This document shows positions 63,401 through 64,000 of a stretch of 64,000 nucleotides of DNA, in pieces. Source of the stretch: Eutreptiella sp. 'Long Island Sound 2002' (Eukaryota > Protista > Euglenida). Below the pieces are notes generated by a model. The model did no database searches. It saw nothing but the letters and a program-made list of their open reading frames with translations, and was not told where the DNA came from. The DNA lies in contig OZ038378.1 in assembly GCA_964036045.1 (NCBI GenBank), positions 200,446,001-200,510,000 of the forward strand, written 5' to 3'. Positions within the stretch are counted from its first letter, which is position 1. Each line of letters begins with the position of its first letter. Position numbers and translations under genes: made by a program.

Positions 63401-64000
63401 TACCACCTTGTCCAGCCAGCAAACGCACAGGATAAGCTCAGTATCCGACCTTCCGAGTAAATTTGTGAAACAGGAAATAAAGTTTCCCTCGCCCCCCCCC
63501 CCTCCCCGCTTACTATGAAAGGTATGCAAGGGCGATTACTATGCAAGGGGGGGCGGGGGTCATGGCTGAAAATCACATCAAAACAAACAGCAGTGCTTTG
63601 CGGTACCAAGCATAATATTGGTTTAAGTGTATGATCCACAAAATGAGCCAGGAACTGCCTGTTGGGATGCATGTTCAGCTCTGCTCAGAAACCGGCTCTG
63701 TGTGCCACTTTTTCTGGAGGGAGTATTTGACTCTGAAGAGCTGAACAGCCATGTGGCAGCCAAGCCTGCAGCTCAAGAGCCCCTTCCTGTGGCCGATGTT
63801 GAGCATTTGCAGCTCTTCAGAGTCAAATGTTCCCCCCACAAAAAATGGCAACTTTTATTCCTGGTCATCTGTGCTGCCACCCTCCTTCATAATCCATAAC
63901 CAACCGCAAGCAGGCACACAAGCACACAGGGCAGCTCGTGGTTGCAGCCGGCCACAGGAAGTTGAGATGTATACATTTGGTCTCAGCAGCAGTTTCTTCC
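57478..64000. repeat. Near-identical tandem duplication with period about 3465 bp (second copy cut by the window end)
   Basis: ORF pairs are offset by 3465 (57574/61039, 58401/61866), or by 3462 after homopolymer indels. Confidence 0.95.
57574..58383 (-). pseudogene. Frameshifted ORF relic with SH3-like and Tudor-like segments (identical copy at 61039-61848)
   Basis: RWVQVKVGGRKCQGLVPLEYVQ has the SH3 W..G.VP..YV pattern; the overlapping frame has KVCAVF..HWGKVLAVEGSGCTIEW, a Tudor/Agenet-like pattern. Confidence 0.5.

Overview
Eukaryotic nuclear DNA from a repeat-rich, GC-rich protist-like genome. A euglenozoan (e.g. euglenid) origin is my inference, not established. Only two host genes are supportable, both on the minus strand with canonical GT-AG introns. 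One is a 5-exon extended synaptotagmin/tricalbin-like gene (TM hairpin, SMP, C2, then a C2 split by an insertion; 665 aa; 44816-31831). The other is an orphan coiled-coil gene starting at 23339 whose 3' exons are uncertain. Almost everything else is nested mobile-element debris: TA-flanked inverted-repeat elements with C-run or CAG termini, PIF/Harbinger-type MITEs with 3-bp TSDs, two Harbinger-like (DDE_Tnp_4) transposase relics, several RNase H-bearing non-LTR retrotransposon relics and tRNA-derived SINE-like heads. There is also a 1.15-kb G-run minisatellite, a 170-bp tandem array and, from 51.5 kb on, a mosaic of 1533-bp and 3465-bp duplications. The most unusual observation is a 1.53-kb module present both head-to-tail and as a single copy inside a target motif, with all four reciprocal junctions sharing one GTAT core, as expected for integration of a circle. 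Also unusual are the C-run-TIR elements carrying unassigned ORF relics and a transposase with a B-box-like tail. Most ORFs in the supplied track are spurious. All homology calls come from motif recognition by eye; no searches were run.
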